Assembly: GCA_973895155.1 (NCBI GenBank)
Contig: OZ316894.1
Coordinates: 17,576,563-17,640,562, forward strand
Direction of reading: 5' to 3'
DNA: 64,000 nucleotides
Source: Marsupella aquatica
Taxonomy: Eukaryota; Plantae; Marchantiophyta
The position numbers were made by a program, and so were the translations under genes. The notes under the pieces were generated by a model that saw only the letters and a program-made list of their open reading frames with translations, did not search any database and had not been told where the DNA came from. Below are positions 11,264 to 25,041 of the stretch, piece after piece. Position 1 is the first letter of the stretch. Each line of letters opens with the position of its first letter.

Positions 11264-14200
11264 ATGGCACCACGAATGAGAAGAATTCGGGTAGCAGAGG
11301 AAGAGAATCACTTCTGACATCGTGTCGATGCTGAAGGCAAGCATGTGTTTGTCTGCATAGCTGGTGATCACAAGCCTCGATCATTTTCTTCCTTTGCTGG
11401 TTTCCAGACCCACATGGACGTCACACACAAGTTGGAGTTGCCACCTGCATTACTGGAGGCGGGCAAACCTTGGTTGTTCTCAAAATCCGACTTCTCCACT
11501 CGGATTGCCAAGAAACATAAGGCCCCTGGGCCAAATGTGAGGAAGGACAACAATCAGGCCTCTTGGAACCGGCTTCGATCCACTGTGCGACTTCGGTGGA
11601 GACAGACTAAGTTGCGGAAGAAGACAATGCTAAAGAAGAAGTATGGTGTTGCTGCAGATGAGCCGCTTGTTCCTGCAAAATTGTTGCTTATTCGTGTCAT
11701 CAAGGAAGTGCACATACGTGCAGGGCAGGCTAATGGTTGGTCATCCTTGTTGGATGACAGTGTGTACGAGATGTTGCAAGACTCTGTGTCAGCTGCTGCA
11801 ATTTCTCCTATTTTGTCTCGCTGGGTTGCTTCAATCCAAGCTTTGCCGGTACTCCTACCTAGAGATCGTAAGTTGCAGGCACTTCAATTAGATTGTAGTG
11901 TCCTGCCATGCATTTTCCCCCGGGCAGATGTGGAGGTGCAACCTCCCGAGCTGATGCAATTTGATACAATTCGAGAGGCTCTCATTGCAGATGCCTTGAA
12001 TTACTTGACTCAAAAAAGAGCGCTTCTGCAGTGGAAGCATGGCCCCAAAGAAGTGGACTTCGATGCTGCATACCAAGATTACAAGGAGTGGAAAGAAGAG
12101 CAAAAGCCTGTCAGCATAGCCACAGCCACTAACAATTTGCTACAGGAATACAAAGGTTGGGGCATGACCACTGAAGCTGCACGAATAGAGGTATGACCTT
12201 TTTATTTTACTTCCTGCGATCTTTGCTTGTTGTTTGTACATTCCATTCTCATCTTGTCCCAACCATGTGCAGGCTGGACTAAATGAAGAGTGGGAGGACA
12301 CTTCTGACAATAGTGACTATGAGCCTGGGCCTGAGAACTGGGGTCTGTTGCTAAATGATGCTGATCAACAGCCAGATGAGCCAGACGTTGTATCTGAACC
12401 TGTCCTCAATACTTCAGTTGAGGACCCGCCTCTTGTACAAGATCCTATTCAGGTTCCTTCTCATGTTCAGGATGATGAAGACAGTGATCATCAGAATCCT
12501 TCTCATGTTGAGGATGTTGACCATCTTATTGAGCATCCTGTTCATGATCCTATTCAGGATCCTATTGACCATCCTGTTCAGGATGATGAAGACAATAATC
12601 ATCAAAATCCTTCTCATGTTGAGGATTTAGACCATCTTATTGAGCATCCTGTTCATGATCCTATTCAGGGTCCTATTGACCATCCTGTTCAGGATCCCAT
12701 TGACAATCCTATTCAGGATGTTTATGAACAAGGAATCAGCTTTTCACAACAGCGTCACTTGGTTTCAAGCCTCCAAAATATTCTTTACGCCTATGGAGAG
12801 GGAGAGGACGACTACCCCCTCCAGGTCAGTCTTTGTTTCTTTGCTTCAATTACTTTTGGAATTTCTTTGCAAATTGTGAATACATGAGCCTCATTGTATT
12901 CGGATGCTCCTTGTGTTCATTGCAGGAAGGAGTAGTATCGGAGACTATCTTGGAGTTCGTAGCACCACCAACCCCTACACCTGAGACTCTACTCCCAGAC
13001 TTCATAGCGCCAGTCGCAGCAACAGCACCAGCCCCTGTATCGTGTATATTAGTCTCGGAGTCCTTACCACCACTTGCACCAGCACCACCAGCCATTGCAC
13101 CACAGATTGTACTATTAGAGTCGGTACCAGTAGCAGCAGCACGACCACCACCAGCAGCCCCTGCACCACAGATTGTAAGTCTCTAAAGTGCAAACTTGGA
13201 AGTCATTCAATTGCAATCTAGTCTGAATACTTAAACCCCAATGTCTTTTCACTCCCCTAAGCATTCATTTCATATATTGTAGGGACAAAGACGAAGGGGA
13301 AGGGGTGTACCACTGGAGTCCCCATCCCCAGTACAGAAAGTAGCACCATCCCCTCCAATGTCAACAAACCCCTTCCAGGTTTGCCTTTGTGTTTTTTGTA
13401 AAAACATATGTTTGCAATGCTTTGCAATGTCTGAATACAGCTGCCTCATTGTCTTCGCCGTGCACTGCAATTTCTTCATTCTAGAGACGGAGCGGAAGGA
13501 CAAGTGGAGGGGTCGTAGCAGTGGAATCACCAGCACCAGCCCTCGCACCACGGATTGTAAGTCTCAGAAGTGCTTACTTGGAATTCGTGCAATTGCAATG
13601 TAGTCTAAATACTTCAACCCCAATGTCTTTTCACTCCCAGGTTTGCCTTTGTGTTTTCGGTAAAAACATTTGTTTCCAATGCTTTGCAATGTCTGAATAC
13701 ATCTGCCTCATTGTCTTTGGTGTGCACTGCAATGTCTTCATTCTAGAGACGAAGCGGAAGGGCTCCTGGAGGGGTTGTAGCAGTGGAATCACCAGCACCA
13801 GCCCTCGCACCACAGATTGTAAGTCTCAAAAGCGCTTACTTGGAAGTTTGAATACATCACCCTAATTGTCTTCTGCGTGCACTACAATTTCTTCATTCTA
13901 GCCCATGCACGGGAAAGAAATTTGATATAGGTCAGCCTGGTTTGCCTTCCTGTACAAGGCCACATTCCTTTCTATTCATATTACTTTGCATGGGTTAAAT
14001 ACACAACCCTCGGTGTATTCAAGTCACTTAATGATATTCTCCATTGTAGAGAGGAAGTAAAAGGGGAAGGGGTGTATCAGCGGTGCCCCCAAAACCAGTA
14101 GCAGCACCAGCACCGACAAGCAACCCCTCCCAGGTATGTCTTGATGTACCAGGCTAATTTCCTTATCAAACTGCTTTGCAAGGAGTGAATACACAACCCT

Positions 14201-15225
14201 CACTGTCTTCTATGTCAATTAATAATTTTGTTCATTGTAGGGAGGAAGACAAAGGGGAAGGGATGTGTCAGCAATGTCCTCAGCACCAGTGGCACTAGCA
14301 ATCCCAGTACCAGCTACCAACCCCTCCAAGGTACGCCTTTGTGTCTTAGGCCACATAATTGAATTCCTTCTCATCAGCGGCGTCCAATTGTTGAGTAATG
14401 TGAATACCTCTTTGTCAATGTCTTTTGATGTTGCTTTGGATTGTAGGAAGGGCAACAACGGGAAAAGGCAAGCAAAAGGCGAAAAGGAAACCGAAATTTG
14501 GTGGAGCAATCCCTTGCACCTGCCCCAACCCCTATCCCAACAAATGAACACTCAGCCCCTGTCCCTGTAACAACACCAACACATGCACCTGCCGGTATCC
14601 CTGGACCACCACTAGCACATGCCCCTACACCAGGACCAGCAGAAGCACCAGCCCCTATACCAGTGCCAACACCAGGCCCTGCACCGGCTACGAACTCCTC
14701 ACAGGTGCAGCAGCAAAATTCCTCTACTTCATTGTGGAATGTGAATACCTCTTTGTCCATGTATTCTAATGTCTTTGTGGGTTGTAGGTACCACAAGGAG
14801 GAGCTGCTTTGTCCTTAGTACCTGTTCCTATCTCAAGGAAGAGGAAGGAGGCCTCTAAATCAAGCAAGGGTATGAGCCAGGCATTGCAGGTTGTTCCTCT
14901 ATTGGCAGTCAACCCCAAAACAAAAGTTGTGTTTTTGCACCCCGAAGATGATGACTTAGCAACATCAGAAGTTGAAGACAGAGTGAGAGGCAAGCCAAAG
15001 CGAAGTAAAATCGCGACAAGTAGAGGCGGGGGGCAAGGGAGAGGAAGAGGAGCACAGTCTTCTACTCAACCAACTCCCTTGCATGAAATCCAGCTAGATG
15101 ATGGTGACAATGTAGACACATTTGGGCCATCACAACTTTTGCATGATTCCCAAATGACTGCTTCACAAGATACATTCAGGGAGGTTATTGGCCAACTCCC
15201 GCACCCTTCCCAGTATGCTGACTGA
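11264..15225 (+). pseudogene. MULE cargo gene of unknown function, convergent with the transposase; multi-exon
   Basis: ATG at 11264 is in frame with the 11345-12190 ORF across one TGA (11315). Has an N-terminal C-x4-H..H-x4-H Zn-finger-like motif and a basic helical region, then an acidic repeat exon and several Pro/Ala-rich exons with GT-AG boundaries. Confidence 0.55.
12460..12720. repeat. 111-bp (37-aa) coding duplication built partly from 12-bp subunits
   Basis: QDDED..HQNPSHVED.DHLIEHPVHDPIQ.PIDHPV occurs twice. Confidence 0.85.
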
Positions 15226-15494
15226 GCGTGGACACCCTTCCCGTGTGGTACTAAGCCATTTTTGTGGTAGCTTCAATGGTCTTTAGATGCAATGTAGCTT
15301 GAGGTAGCTTCAAATACAATGTAGCTTCATTGGAAGGCAAGGAGGCCCGTGATACATCTACATTGCAAGGTCACAACTCGACTTGCAACTTGTACTGGAA
15401 ACATTTATGAATAAAAAGCAAGTTGCATTCACTGTGTTCTGATGTATAAAAGTTATTCATTCTGCTGGATACTACCTTCAGTTTGCACCTTCAG

Positions 15495-15875
15495 TTTTGG
15501 AAGACATTGTCCACATTGTCGACAGGATATTTCGCTTGAAGAAGCCATTTGAGCAGGGGTAAATGACCGTGGATGTTGTGGGTTTTGGAAGACATTGTCC
15601 ATATAGTCTTCGCACCACACTTAGCCATTTTTCCAACGACAGGATATTTTGCTTGAAGAAGCCATTTGAGCAGGGGTAAATGGTGGATGTTGTGAGTTTT
15701 GGAAGACATTGTCCATATAGTCTTCGCACCACACTTAGCCATTTTTCCAACGACAGGATATTTTGCTTGAAGAAGCCATTTGAGCAGGGGTAAATGGTGG
15801 ATGTTGTGAGTTTTGGAAGACATTGTCCATATAGTCTTCGCACCACACTTAGCCATTTTTCCAACGGCAGGATAT
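15495..15875. repeat. 114-bp tandem repeat (~3 copies) between the convergent MULE genes
   Basis: TTTTGGAAGACATTGTCC at 15583, 15697 and 15811, plus a partial unit at 15495. Confidence 0.9.
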
Positions 15876-16104
15876 TCGATTCTGCTTCAAGAAGAAATTT
15901 GAGCGGGGGTACGTAAATGGCCAACACTAGTGGTTTCACACAAGATGCACATGACAACTGCAAAATAGTTTCAAAATTTGTAGAACATCTCTAAATTGTT
16001 GGAGTACAATGCTGTTGCAGACTTCAATGTCTGCAACTAAATCAAAATTGCAATTGCTACTTCCTGTGAGCTATTATTTGAACTTGTTACCACTGTGGTG
16101 TAAA

Positions 16105-16836
16105 CTAAGTCAAGAGCTCATTGCTACAAAATACTTCCCCACAATAGGTGCACCTAAATACTTCATGCCCAGACTCATCTACTCCCAGCAACTCAACATT
16201 AACTCTATGACCATCTGCTTTGATAGGAGCCCTCCATTGTGCACCCATTGCACTAAATTGTCGTTGAAGCCATGCCTCCGCCTCAGAATGGGACCTAAAA
16301 GACTTGTGACTAGCTCCACTGAATCCGCTCACCTGACATTCTGCCTCCTCCCAAGTACGATATATTCCAGGACTGCGCCCCCTAGCAATGGCATACCATT
16401 TCTTCTTTGAGGTAGAGCCTAGATCACAATTGTATGGAAGAGCAATTGACTTAGAGCGAGAGGACAAAGTCTGTGATTGTAATTTCACCCTTGTGGCAGG
16501 CTGAGTTTGCGCAACGTCAACCAATTGTGCTTGTGAGGCTGACAAAGATGGACCTGCATTAGCACCCTGGCGCCGAGCCAATACAGGTTTTGGTGGGCCA
16601 ACAACAGCCACTACAGGGGAATCGTGACCCTCTGATTTTGATGGCACTATACTTTGAGCAAGGGGAGGCAGCCTATCTCGATTCCACACTGAAGACAAAC
16701 ACAAAATCCGTTCCAACATGCGATGGAGGAAGAAGAGTAGTGCACTCAAACCTGCAAATACGGTCCATATGGCGAACCCCAATGCCCAAAACAACTGAAC
16801 TACAAAACCAACACTGCATTCGTTGAACTTTGCCAT
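16105..16836 (-). CDS. MULE cargo protein with an RNase H1 N-terminal hybrid-binding (caulimovirus viroplasmin-like) domain
   Basis: KWYAIARGRSPGIYRTWEEAECQVSGFSGASHKSFRSHSEAEAWL matches the hybrid-binding-domain consensus. Also has a hydrophobic N-terminus and a C-terminal CTYC motif. Confidence 0.75.
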   Translation of the reverse strand: MAKFNECSVGFVVQLFWALGFAIWTVFAGLSALLFFLHRMLERILCLSSVWNRDRLPPLAQSIVPSKSEGHDSPVVAVVGPPKPVLARRQGANAGPSLSASQAQLVDVAQTQPATRVKLQSQTLSSRSKSIALPYNCDLGSTSKKKWYAIARGRSPGIYRTWEEAECQVSGFSGASHKSFRSHSEAEAWLQRQFSAMGAQWRAPIKADGHRVNVELLGVDESGHEVFRCTYCGEVFCSNELLT

Positions 16837-16859
16837 TGCCAAATGGCAATCCTATCCTT

Positions 16860-16990
16860 GGCGCTCTCGTTGTCGCTCTCCTGTCCCTGGTGCTCTTGCT
16901 CTCTCTGGCGCTCTCGCTCTCTCTGGCGCTCTCGCTCTCTCTGGCACTCTCGCTCTCTCTGGCGCTCTCGCTCTCTCTGGCGCTCTCGGG
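16860..16990. repeat. 18-bp CT-rich minisatellite (CTCTCTGGCGCTCTCGCT)n
   Basis: About 5-6 tandem copies visible directly. Confidence 0.9.
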
Positions 16991-17409
16991 CGCTGCACAA
17001 TCTACTCAGACCCCTCTCTCTGGCGCTGCAGTGCTGTCCTGTCCGTCCTCTACTACACTGGTCTCCTAAGACCTCCTCCCTTTGTTGTCACTCACGTGGA
17101 CGACTTCAAAGACTCCGCTTTAGTCCGCTCGCAAAACGCGCACATTCTCCATGGAACACTCAATGTCGACCAACGGTCCCGCACGCCAATATCATTGCGG
17201 AAGTAGATTCAAATTTGAAGACATTATGGTCAATGTCTTCAATAACAATGAAGGAAGTTAAGAAGACAACATGGTCGCTGTCTTCAAGTGCAAGGATGGA
17301 AGATAAACGGAAAGACAACATGAATATGTTGTATTCATCAGAGAATAATGGTGGAAAAAAGTGACAAGAGTCTGTTTTGATGCACAACCAAAGTTCAGTA
17401 AATAAGTAA

Positions 17410-20400
17410 CTAGTAAGGTTCAGTAATATCAACATGATATTGTGACCCAAATCCCTGACACTCTATTGCAGCCTCATTGGCCAATTCCATGCACCTATCA
17501 ATGAAAGCTTGTGGCAATTGTTGTTCACTATTTTGGACAATGCTCTGGATTGGTCCTGTGCCTGCTGTTGGTGCGGTCGATTCAATACTATATTCAGTCT
17601 GCGGTAGTTGGTCTTCCCAAGGAAAGGGTGACACATATGGGTGCTCCAAATTGACTGCATCACCATTATCCACCTGCATATGAAGGCAATTTTAAAATTT
17701 GTCCCTAGCATGAGACCACACATGCATGAAGCCCACAAGTAATGATATATACTTGTAAGAAGACTGTTAATGTTGGAATCCTTACTCTTGCTGGATCTAT
17801 TGGCGTTACACTATGGACTTTATCACAAGATCTTCGGTTATGTCCAACCTGCCCACACTTACTGCACCTGCACTTCCCAGTGTTAGGCCCCGCTTTCTTT
17901 GCCCTCGATTGAACAAGAACAATTGGAAGTCCAACAATAGTGTTTGCTGTTGAAAAAGGTTCCACCCTGTTTGGATCATCATCTAGTGGATATCTCAAGA
18001 ACAGTTGTCCAAGGGAGTCAATCACTGATTCTTCGCCTTCTCCAAGAGCCCTAGGTGGATGCCTCCCTCCACGACCCTGTTCGATGCGGACCATTCTATG
18101 TCTGCCCCTTTTCACAGCAGCCACAGGAGCAACACAATTTGGACTTGGCATTAAGTCTGATACAATAAAGCTAGGTAAAACATTGTCATACAAGGCCCTA
18201 ATTGAAGCAGTCCGCCAACATTTGTGAAAATGAGCAGAAAAATTTCTGCCTTCCTGGTCATCCCAAGCCATTATATGCTCACATGGCCACACCATCTCTT
18301 GCAGCTCCCAACAAGTGCAACATTTCTTTGGTGACAGTGACACTAGATACTCCTCACTTTGGGATGTAGTTTGAACCTTGGCTGTGGACGCACCATCATC
18401 AAACACCTGAGCATATGAAAACTTGGATATAATTACTAAACTATTCAAATAAAGAATACATTCATACTAGTGTATTTTAATTCAACACCGAGCTATTAAG
18501 AAGACATTGATGTTACAGTATATACAGAACACGTAGCTAGTAATGCATACACAGACCAGGCATGAAGATTACCTGCCATTGACCAAACGTCTTGAGATTC
18601 TTGTTGTACCTGAGCAGGGCTGGAATAGTGAGTACTTCCTGTCTCGTCAACGTAGCTACTTTCCTTTCTTTAAACTTTTGCTGAACATATACCCACATGC
18701 GCTCCATCAACTTGCAAGGAGCAAATTCGCGTAAGGGGAGTAAGCCTGAATTTGCTTGCTCAGCAGGGTTGCTTGTAACCTTTGCCATGCGGGGAAGTGG
18801 AAAGGCATGCCTGGCATAAAGTTTTGCATCAAAACTTCTGATGTAGTCTACAGCATTTGCATTCTCATATGCCTTGACGGACTCTGCCAGTCGCTTCAAA
18901 CATGCTTCAAATCTGATACAGGTGCACAGGGAAAACATTGATGTTAATGTATACAATCATGTCATACACAGAGAAAACATTTGCGTGAGTGATATGTACT
19001 TCACATTCTGTATTCGAGGAGAGGTAATATAATTATTGTATTGAACACTGAGTATGCGGTGTATACATAAGAAGTCAAATGTATGTAGAATCAAAGCAAT
19101 GAAGGTTTTTGGACTTACTGTCTTTCATCGTTGGCATATATGCATCTTGTAAAAATATCTGCTGCTGCCTTGCCATGCCTGTTCTTGACATTAGCTCTCA
19201 GGTGGTTTGCACATGCTGCATGTATCTTACCTGGCCACACATAACTCACAGCGGCAAGTAGGCCTTTCTGTCGGTCTGATATGAGTGGCATGTGAGGCAA
19301 TTCAATGCCGTAGAGTGATCTATCTACCAATTCCAGAAACCAGATCCAATTATCTGTGTTCTCAACTGGAGCTACTGCGTAACATAGAATCAATCCTTGG
19401 CCATTTCCATCCAAACATGTAGCTAAGAACAGTTGAGTGGGGTACTTCCTGTTCTTTGCATGACATGCATCAAGAGAGATGAGAGGTTGAATGTAGGTAC
19501 ATGCTTTTCGTGTAGCTGATGGGCAAATGAATGCTCGACAGAAAATGTTGGAGTTTTCCATTGGGGACCAGACTGCCACTGCACCAGGATCAATCTCTCT
19601 CACCCTGGCAATTAATGTCAGAATCATTTGAAATGTGTCTTCCTGCCCACCAAGGTGCAGATCCCGTACATAGTCTTTTGCTCGCCACATTTGGTGGTAA
19701 GTGCTGTTCTTTTTATAATCCCCTTGAAATCCACAGAGTAGTTCTTTGACCGGCACCTTCAGATTTCTACACACTCTAGGCGCCAGTGTGTCTCCTAACC
19801 ACACTGCCTTTTGTGTTGGGCCCCTCCACTTGTGTTTAGATGCTGGACAATTGTGTTTCAGCTCACACACAGTAATGATATGAGCCCCACTGTGAGCTTG
19901 CCTGTGACATCGGACCCTGAATGGGCAGTAGGCTGAACAATCAAAACCATCTTCATCGTACTCTGGCGGGGGCCTAAACCTAGAAAACTCCCCGCATACT
20001 CCTGTGGTAGATATCTTCCTGACTTTTACCGTGCCAGGGGCATGTGACCCAGGTAGCCACACACTGCTATGCTGCACTACTGTGCGTGGTTTCTTTGCCA
20101 TCGTTGTGTTCCTCTGGAGACAGTTTGGATCCAGAGGTCCAAGGGGTGCACGAACCTCCTATTGCAATCCACACAGAACATATTCATGTTATTGTATATG
20201 GAAACACAGAAGACAGTGGTGTCATTGTATACAAAATACACACCACAATGGGGATGTTTATATGAAACATAGAAGACACTCATGACGTCGTATACAAAAC
20301 ATTGATGGTAAAATGCAAAGAAGACATTCCGGTTTAGGTATACCTGTGGAGCATTTGTGAGAACGATTGCTCCAGACTGGTTTGTTGATCTTGCCATCTG

Positions 20401-21332
20401 TTGAATAGCAATTTGAAACTCACGGTCTTCCATCTGCAATGGCAGCACAAACATACCATGCATCAAAACACAGAGTGACAAGTATTACATTTCTAACCCT
20501 TCAAAAAAACCACAATGATATAGGTATGGACTCTTCAAAAGCTTTACCTCTTCCGCTGTCAATAATGGTTCTGCATAGGCATTGTGTGTCCTTCGTGTCC
20601 CCCTTGGTTCGGATGTCATTCCTCTGTCACGGAACCCACTATACTCACCGTAACGACTGTTATAGTGCCAATCTAATTCATGTTCATGTTCATCATCCAA
20701 TTCATGGATATATAGTGAATCTTCATCTTCTGAACTATCACTACATTCAAAACTGTCTGGCCCAGGTCTGATGTCACCACTTGACTTCCTTTCATGTCGA
20801 TGAGCAATCTTACTAAATCGGCAAACCCTTGTTCGAAAATTGGGGGAGGTTTTAAGTCTATACACTACTCGGCCATGCATGACAGCCCACGAGTCCAAAC
20901 ATCTATCAAATTCATCAAAATTGTTAAAATGCTCGCCCAGATGAATGCGAGCCGCCTCTGCTTCCACTGCCAAGAGCATTGTAGAATACATAATGAAGAA
21001 CGTCTATGGGAGCTCTCCACTTCAACAGTGCAAAACTTATGATTCATACGGGAGCAACTTCATACTTAAGCCAAACAAATCCTCCAAATACTAACTTGAA
21101 GCACAGTAGATTCACCTTCTTCGGGACTCTTCCCATCCAGGATTGATTTCAGATTTTTCAGATGTCTTCGTGTTGTTCCCCGCCTTGCTCTTTGTGGTGA
21201 TTGCCTGTCAGAATCGGGAATGTCCACCTCACAGACATCCCCTCGACGCCAAAGATTGATGTCACTTACATCATTTGCCATCCTGTACTTCAATGTGCAT
21301 ATGAGTACTGTGCAGAGGTTAGTCATGTCCAT
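17410..21332 (-). CDS. Mutator (MURA/MuDR-like) transposase, multi-exon; outer exon limits approximate
   Basis: MULE domain ISLDACH..LFLATCLDGNGQ..ENTDNWIWFL..ISDRQKGL..CANHL, then TSNPAEQAN, SWIM finger CTCWELQEMVWPCEH and zinc knuckle CSKCGQVGHNRRSC. GT-AG introns lie between the ORF pieces. Confidence 0.9.
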
Positions 21333-21726
21333 TTAACGTAAAGCTCAAAAACATTTACTAAGCCACATGCGAAAGGGCTCTGCAGCCCATGAACTGACGT
21401 CATTTCCTGACAGTGTTTGTGCCTTCAATTTACACATTCTAACATCTGCACAGTAGTACCTTGTTTTCCTCTGCAATCGATGGTGGCAGGTGCGTGCGCC
21501 GTGCGCCGTGCGCCTCGTGGAAAGTTGAGTGTACTTGTTATCGAGCATGGACAAAAGTTGGGATGGGAGGATATTAAAAAATTATGGAGATCAGTTTACA
21601 AATAGAATACAATCATGTCAATGTATTCGCATTCGCGTAACATAACCCTAATGTTGATCGTGGCGGCGTGGATGGGCAAATGCCCGATTTTGAGTTCTAA
21701 TTACGAGGTCCCGTTGCCTGATTACT

Positions 21727-22086
21727 GCGCGCTTGACCCTAAACCACCCCGACAATGTGCGCCCCGACAATGTGCGCCCTAAACAGAAATTTTGTTGAAG
21801 ACATAAACCACGAAGTATTCACGCTCATAAGGGACCATAGTGCGAGAACGCAAAACCGCGTAGTTGCAGCCCTACTGCAGCGGAGTCTCATGGTCGACTG
21901 CGGGAGGCGACCCTGCGTGGTGGCATGGCTCCCAACTGTGCAGTATGGCCTTTACACGGGGGAAATTGGCTTACACGGGATAAAAGGGTACGGGCCATAA
22001 TGAGGGGGCTGATTGGGGCAAAAAAGTTTGGAGGGGGCTGATCAAGTAAAGTTTCTCCTGGAGGGGGTCTATTGAGCATATCCCTC
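21727..22086 (-). repeat. MULE right TIR
   Basis: Reverse complement of 9218-~9572, with a small internal duplication (CCCCGACAATGTGCG twice). Confidence 0.93.
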
Positions 22087-22631
22087 GATCTGTCTGAAAA
22101 GACTTTCCACCAGCAGAATTTGAATCCAGAATCTGGCCCACCCCACTCGACCCCACTAGAACAGCCTACCATTGCACCAGCATGGGACACACTTTCTGAC
22201 TTTCAGGATTACTTTGCAACTATATATATAGCATGTTCATCTGGGAACATGCTTCATTTTTTGTTTTTTAGTGTAATGCAGATGATCTAATTCGTTTGTG
22301 GCATTTACTGTGAAGACATACAGTCTATGATATTGAAATGTTGTGCACATAACATACAAGAATAAAAGTACACATATAAAAAAAGTAATAATGAATAGGA
22401 AAAGTTTAAGTCTATGGGGCTACGCACATACTGTACACCAATAGAGATACTTGTGTACTTACCTTAGGTAATGACACTCAAATTAATTAAAACCATAAAT
22501 TTAGGACACAAAACCATGAGTAGAACTTAGAGACACAAGGAGAGCACTTAATTTAGATAATTTCTTCTTCACTAAAGAGAAGAAGGGCTAGAAATTCCCT
22601 GACCTTTGTTAAAGGGTGGATGGGAACTTAA

Positions 22632-22991
22632 GGCCAGGATAGACACAAACGTTTGAGAAAAAGCTCCCATGGACAAACACAACCTGGATGGACACAGAAC
22701 AAACCTAAGATTGTGCTTATATAACACATTTTTCACTTGTGCTCCAATGGTGACCTGTAAGGAGCTGTTTGACCGGGAGCAGGAAGTTTTTGGTTGTTTC
22801 TTCCCGTAGTCTGTCCAGGCAGGAGCAACGGAGGAGGTTAAATGTACTTAACATAATGTCTAAATCTTGGTTAGCTTCCGTTCATAAGACACCTGTAATC
22901 CATTTTGTGTGTTGTTAAGGATTGGTGTGACAGTGTCAACAGGCTATGTCCATCCGGGTTGTCCCTACAAACGTTTGTGTCTATCCCGGCT
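22632..22991. mobile_element. MITE (~360 bp), Tourist/PIF-Harbinger-like
   Basis: TIR GGCCAGGATAGACACAAACGTTTG ... CAAACGTTTGTGTCTATCCCGGCT, with TTAA on both sides. Confidence 0.75.
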
Positions 22992-25041
22992 TTAAGTTTG
23001 GGTGGATGGTCTTAAATATAGCAAAGATTAAAAAATTTAGAGGGGTGCCAGAAATAAATTAAAAATCTAAACTATACAAGGGATGCACCTTGGTAAGACA
23101 CATTAAATTAAAAATACATAAGAAAAAAAGTTTAATAAAACAAAATACTGGAAAGTGGATTCACCATATAGCAGTTTTCAGGATTGCTTTGCAACTAATA
23201 TTTATCCTATATTTTTGTCAGGTATAGGTGGGCAACAGGCAGCTAAGTCACTACGTGTGTGCTTAGTAATGATGATCCACATTAATTAGCCTGGAGACTG
23301 CCTGTTTTTAATCGAGACACCCAGTCAATGACATAACAATTCATATGGACCATCAAATTTTCCAATTGGGTATGGCAAATTGGACCAACCTGTGCCCCTA
23401 AAGTGGTGGACATGCTTAGAAAATCTGGTTTTCGACTTGTCGACTACTAGAAAAAAAAGTTGTGTACGTCGAAGCAACTCGGGATCGCACCGTACATCCT
23501 GGGCGGAAATCCCGTAGCTGGGAAGGTCGGCGGTGGCCTTCGCTCCCCCTGCCCCATAAGAATTTCTTACATTCTATAGCGGTAGAGTTGTTCGGGATTC
23601 GAGGGAGTGGATTGACCTGTTTGGCCGTCCGGCAGCATTGTTTCTGCTGAATGAAAATTTTGAGTCAAATGAATGACTTTTCAGTCGATGTGGAAGGGCA
23701 GGGCGTTTTCCAACACTGCACTTTGATCAGTCCATCGCTTACGGTGGAGTCTGCAGCGTTTTGTCACGGGAACCCGCAATATCAAAAGTTGTTGATGCCC
23801 ATGAAAGTTTCAGCTGGAAGAAGAGCCTGTGAAAGTTCGGGCAAGTCAATCTCGTTGAGAAAGCATGAATAGCTTGAATTTTCTGATTCTGGCGCATGCG
23901 TTGATTGGTTTCGAATTCTCGAGCTACAATCATGTTGCTGAGAGAGTGAAGTTTAAGGGTTTTGGAACCTCTCTAGTCGTTTCTTAGAGGTATATTCAGA
24001 ACCTTTCTGCCAGGTCATCGTGCAGGATTCCTATCTGGAAATGTTCAATCGATGGTAAAGAGCAGGAACGTGTAAACCCTTATGTTCAATTTATAGTTTA
24101 GGATGTAGGTGGCCGAGAGCCGGCTTTTCTGTTTTTGAGCGGGCAAAATTAAATGCATCCAAGAGCATAATACGTTGTGACTTCTACTAATCTCGTGCAG
24201 AAAGAGGCACACCAAGTTTTGGCCCGGTCCACCAAAAGGTCTCTGAGATGCATCACTGAAAAGATAATTTTATACATTTCTGCAATGCACCACTCCAATA
24301 TTTTCGAGGGTTTCAGTCTAAAGAGGCCCCAATTCACTTCCACGTGGATCTCGCCGGCGCTGCACCTTTTGACACAATCCATCAGAACTTTAGGGATTCT
24401 TCAATTGGACCGGATGACTTTCCTGATCGCTTTACAAGGTGAAAGAGCCACAAAGACTCAGTAGTCTTCCTTCCGATTACGAGAAAGGGCCGCAAAGACC
24501 ATAGTAAACAATCGTCAAGTAATTGGGTTTCTCCCTGTGAACCGTGTTGGCAGAGTCAACCCTCCCTTTGCCCAGCGGAGGTGACAATTCTGTCACATTT
24601 GCTTTTGGGTTTAGGGTTTGTTGCTCTTTGCTTGCAAGAAAGCAGCGATAAGGAACCAGTATTTGAGGAAAGTACCAGCAAGGGAGCAAACTAGTAAAGG
24701 CGAACAGAGGGCACGAGCAACTGAGGAAATACGAGACAGGGAAGCCACTCTCATTCCTTGTTAGGGTTTCTACAAAGAGAGAAAGAGACACCCCGATTGA
24801 ATCCTAAACCAAGCAAGGTTAACAAGTAGTACACATTAACCTTGCTTGCCATTATGTAACCACCAGACCAGATACAATGAGAGTTTTGTGACAACCTTCT
24901 GAAACGACATTTTGAAGATGGTATGGATGGAAGTAATTGATTCAAAGACCAAAACAAATTCAATCTCTGTATTTCTGGTCCTCAGTTAACCCAGTGGCTC
25001 AATACCACACAACACAATCGAAGACATGATACGACGAAGAA

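Larger units (their letters stand above)
9218..22086. mobile_element. Complete Mutator-like element (MULE), 12.9 kb
   Basis: ~350-bp TIRs starting GAGGGATATGCTCAATAG; exact 10-bp TSD GATCTGTCTG at 9208-9217 and 22087-22096; internal MURA-type transposase. Confidence 0.95.

Noticed and set aside
15478-15963. Repeat-protein ORFs over the 114-bp array
   Set aside because: Two frames are open simply because the unit length is a multiple of three; no recognisable domain.
22100-24960. Possible host gene exons on the minus strand
   Set aside because: Splice-like signals are present, but I could not assemble a coherent protein.
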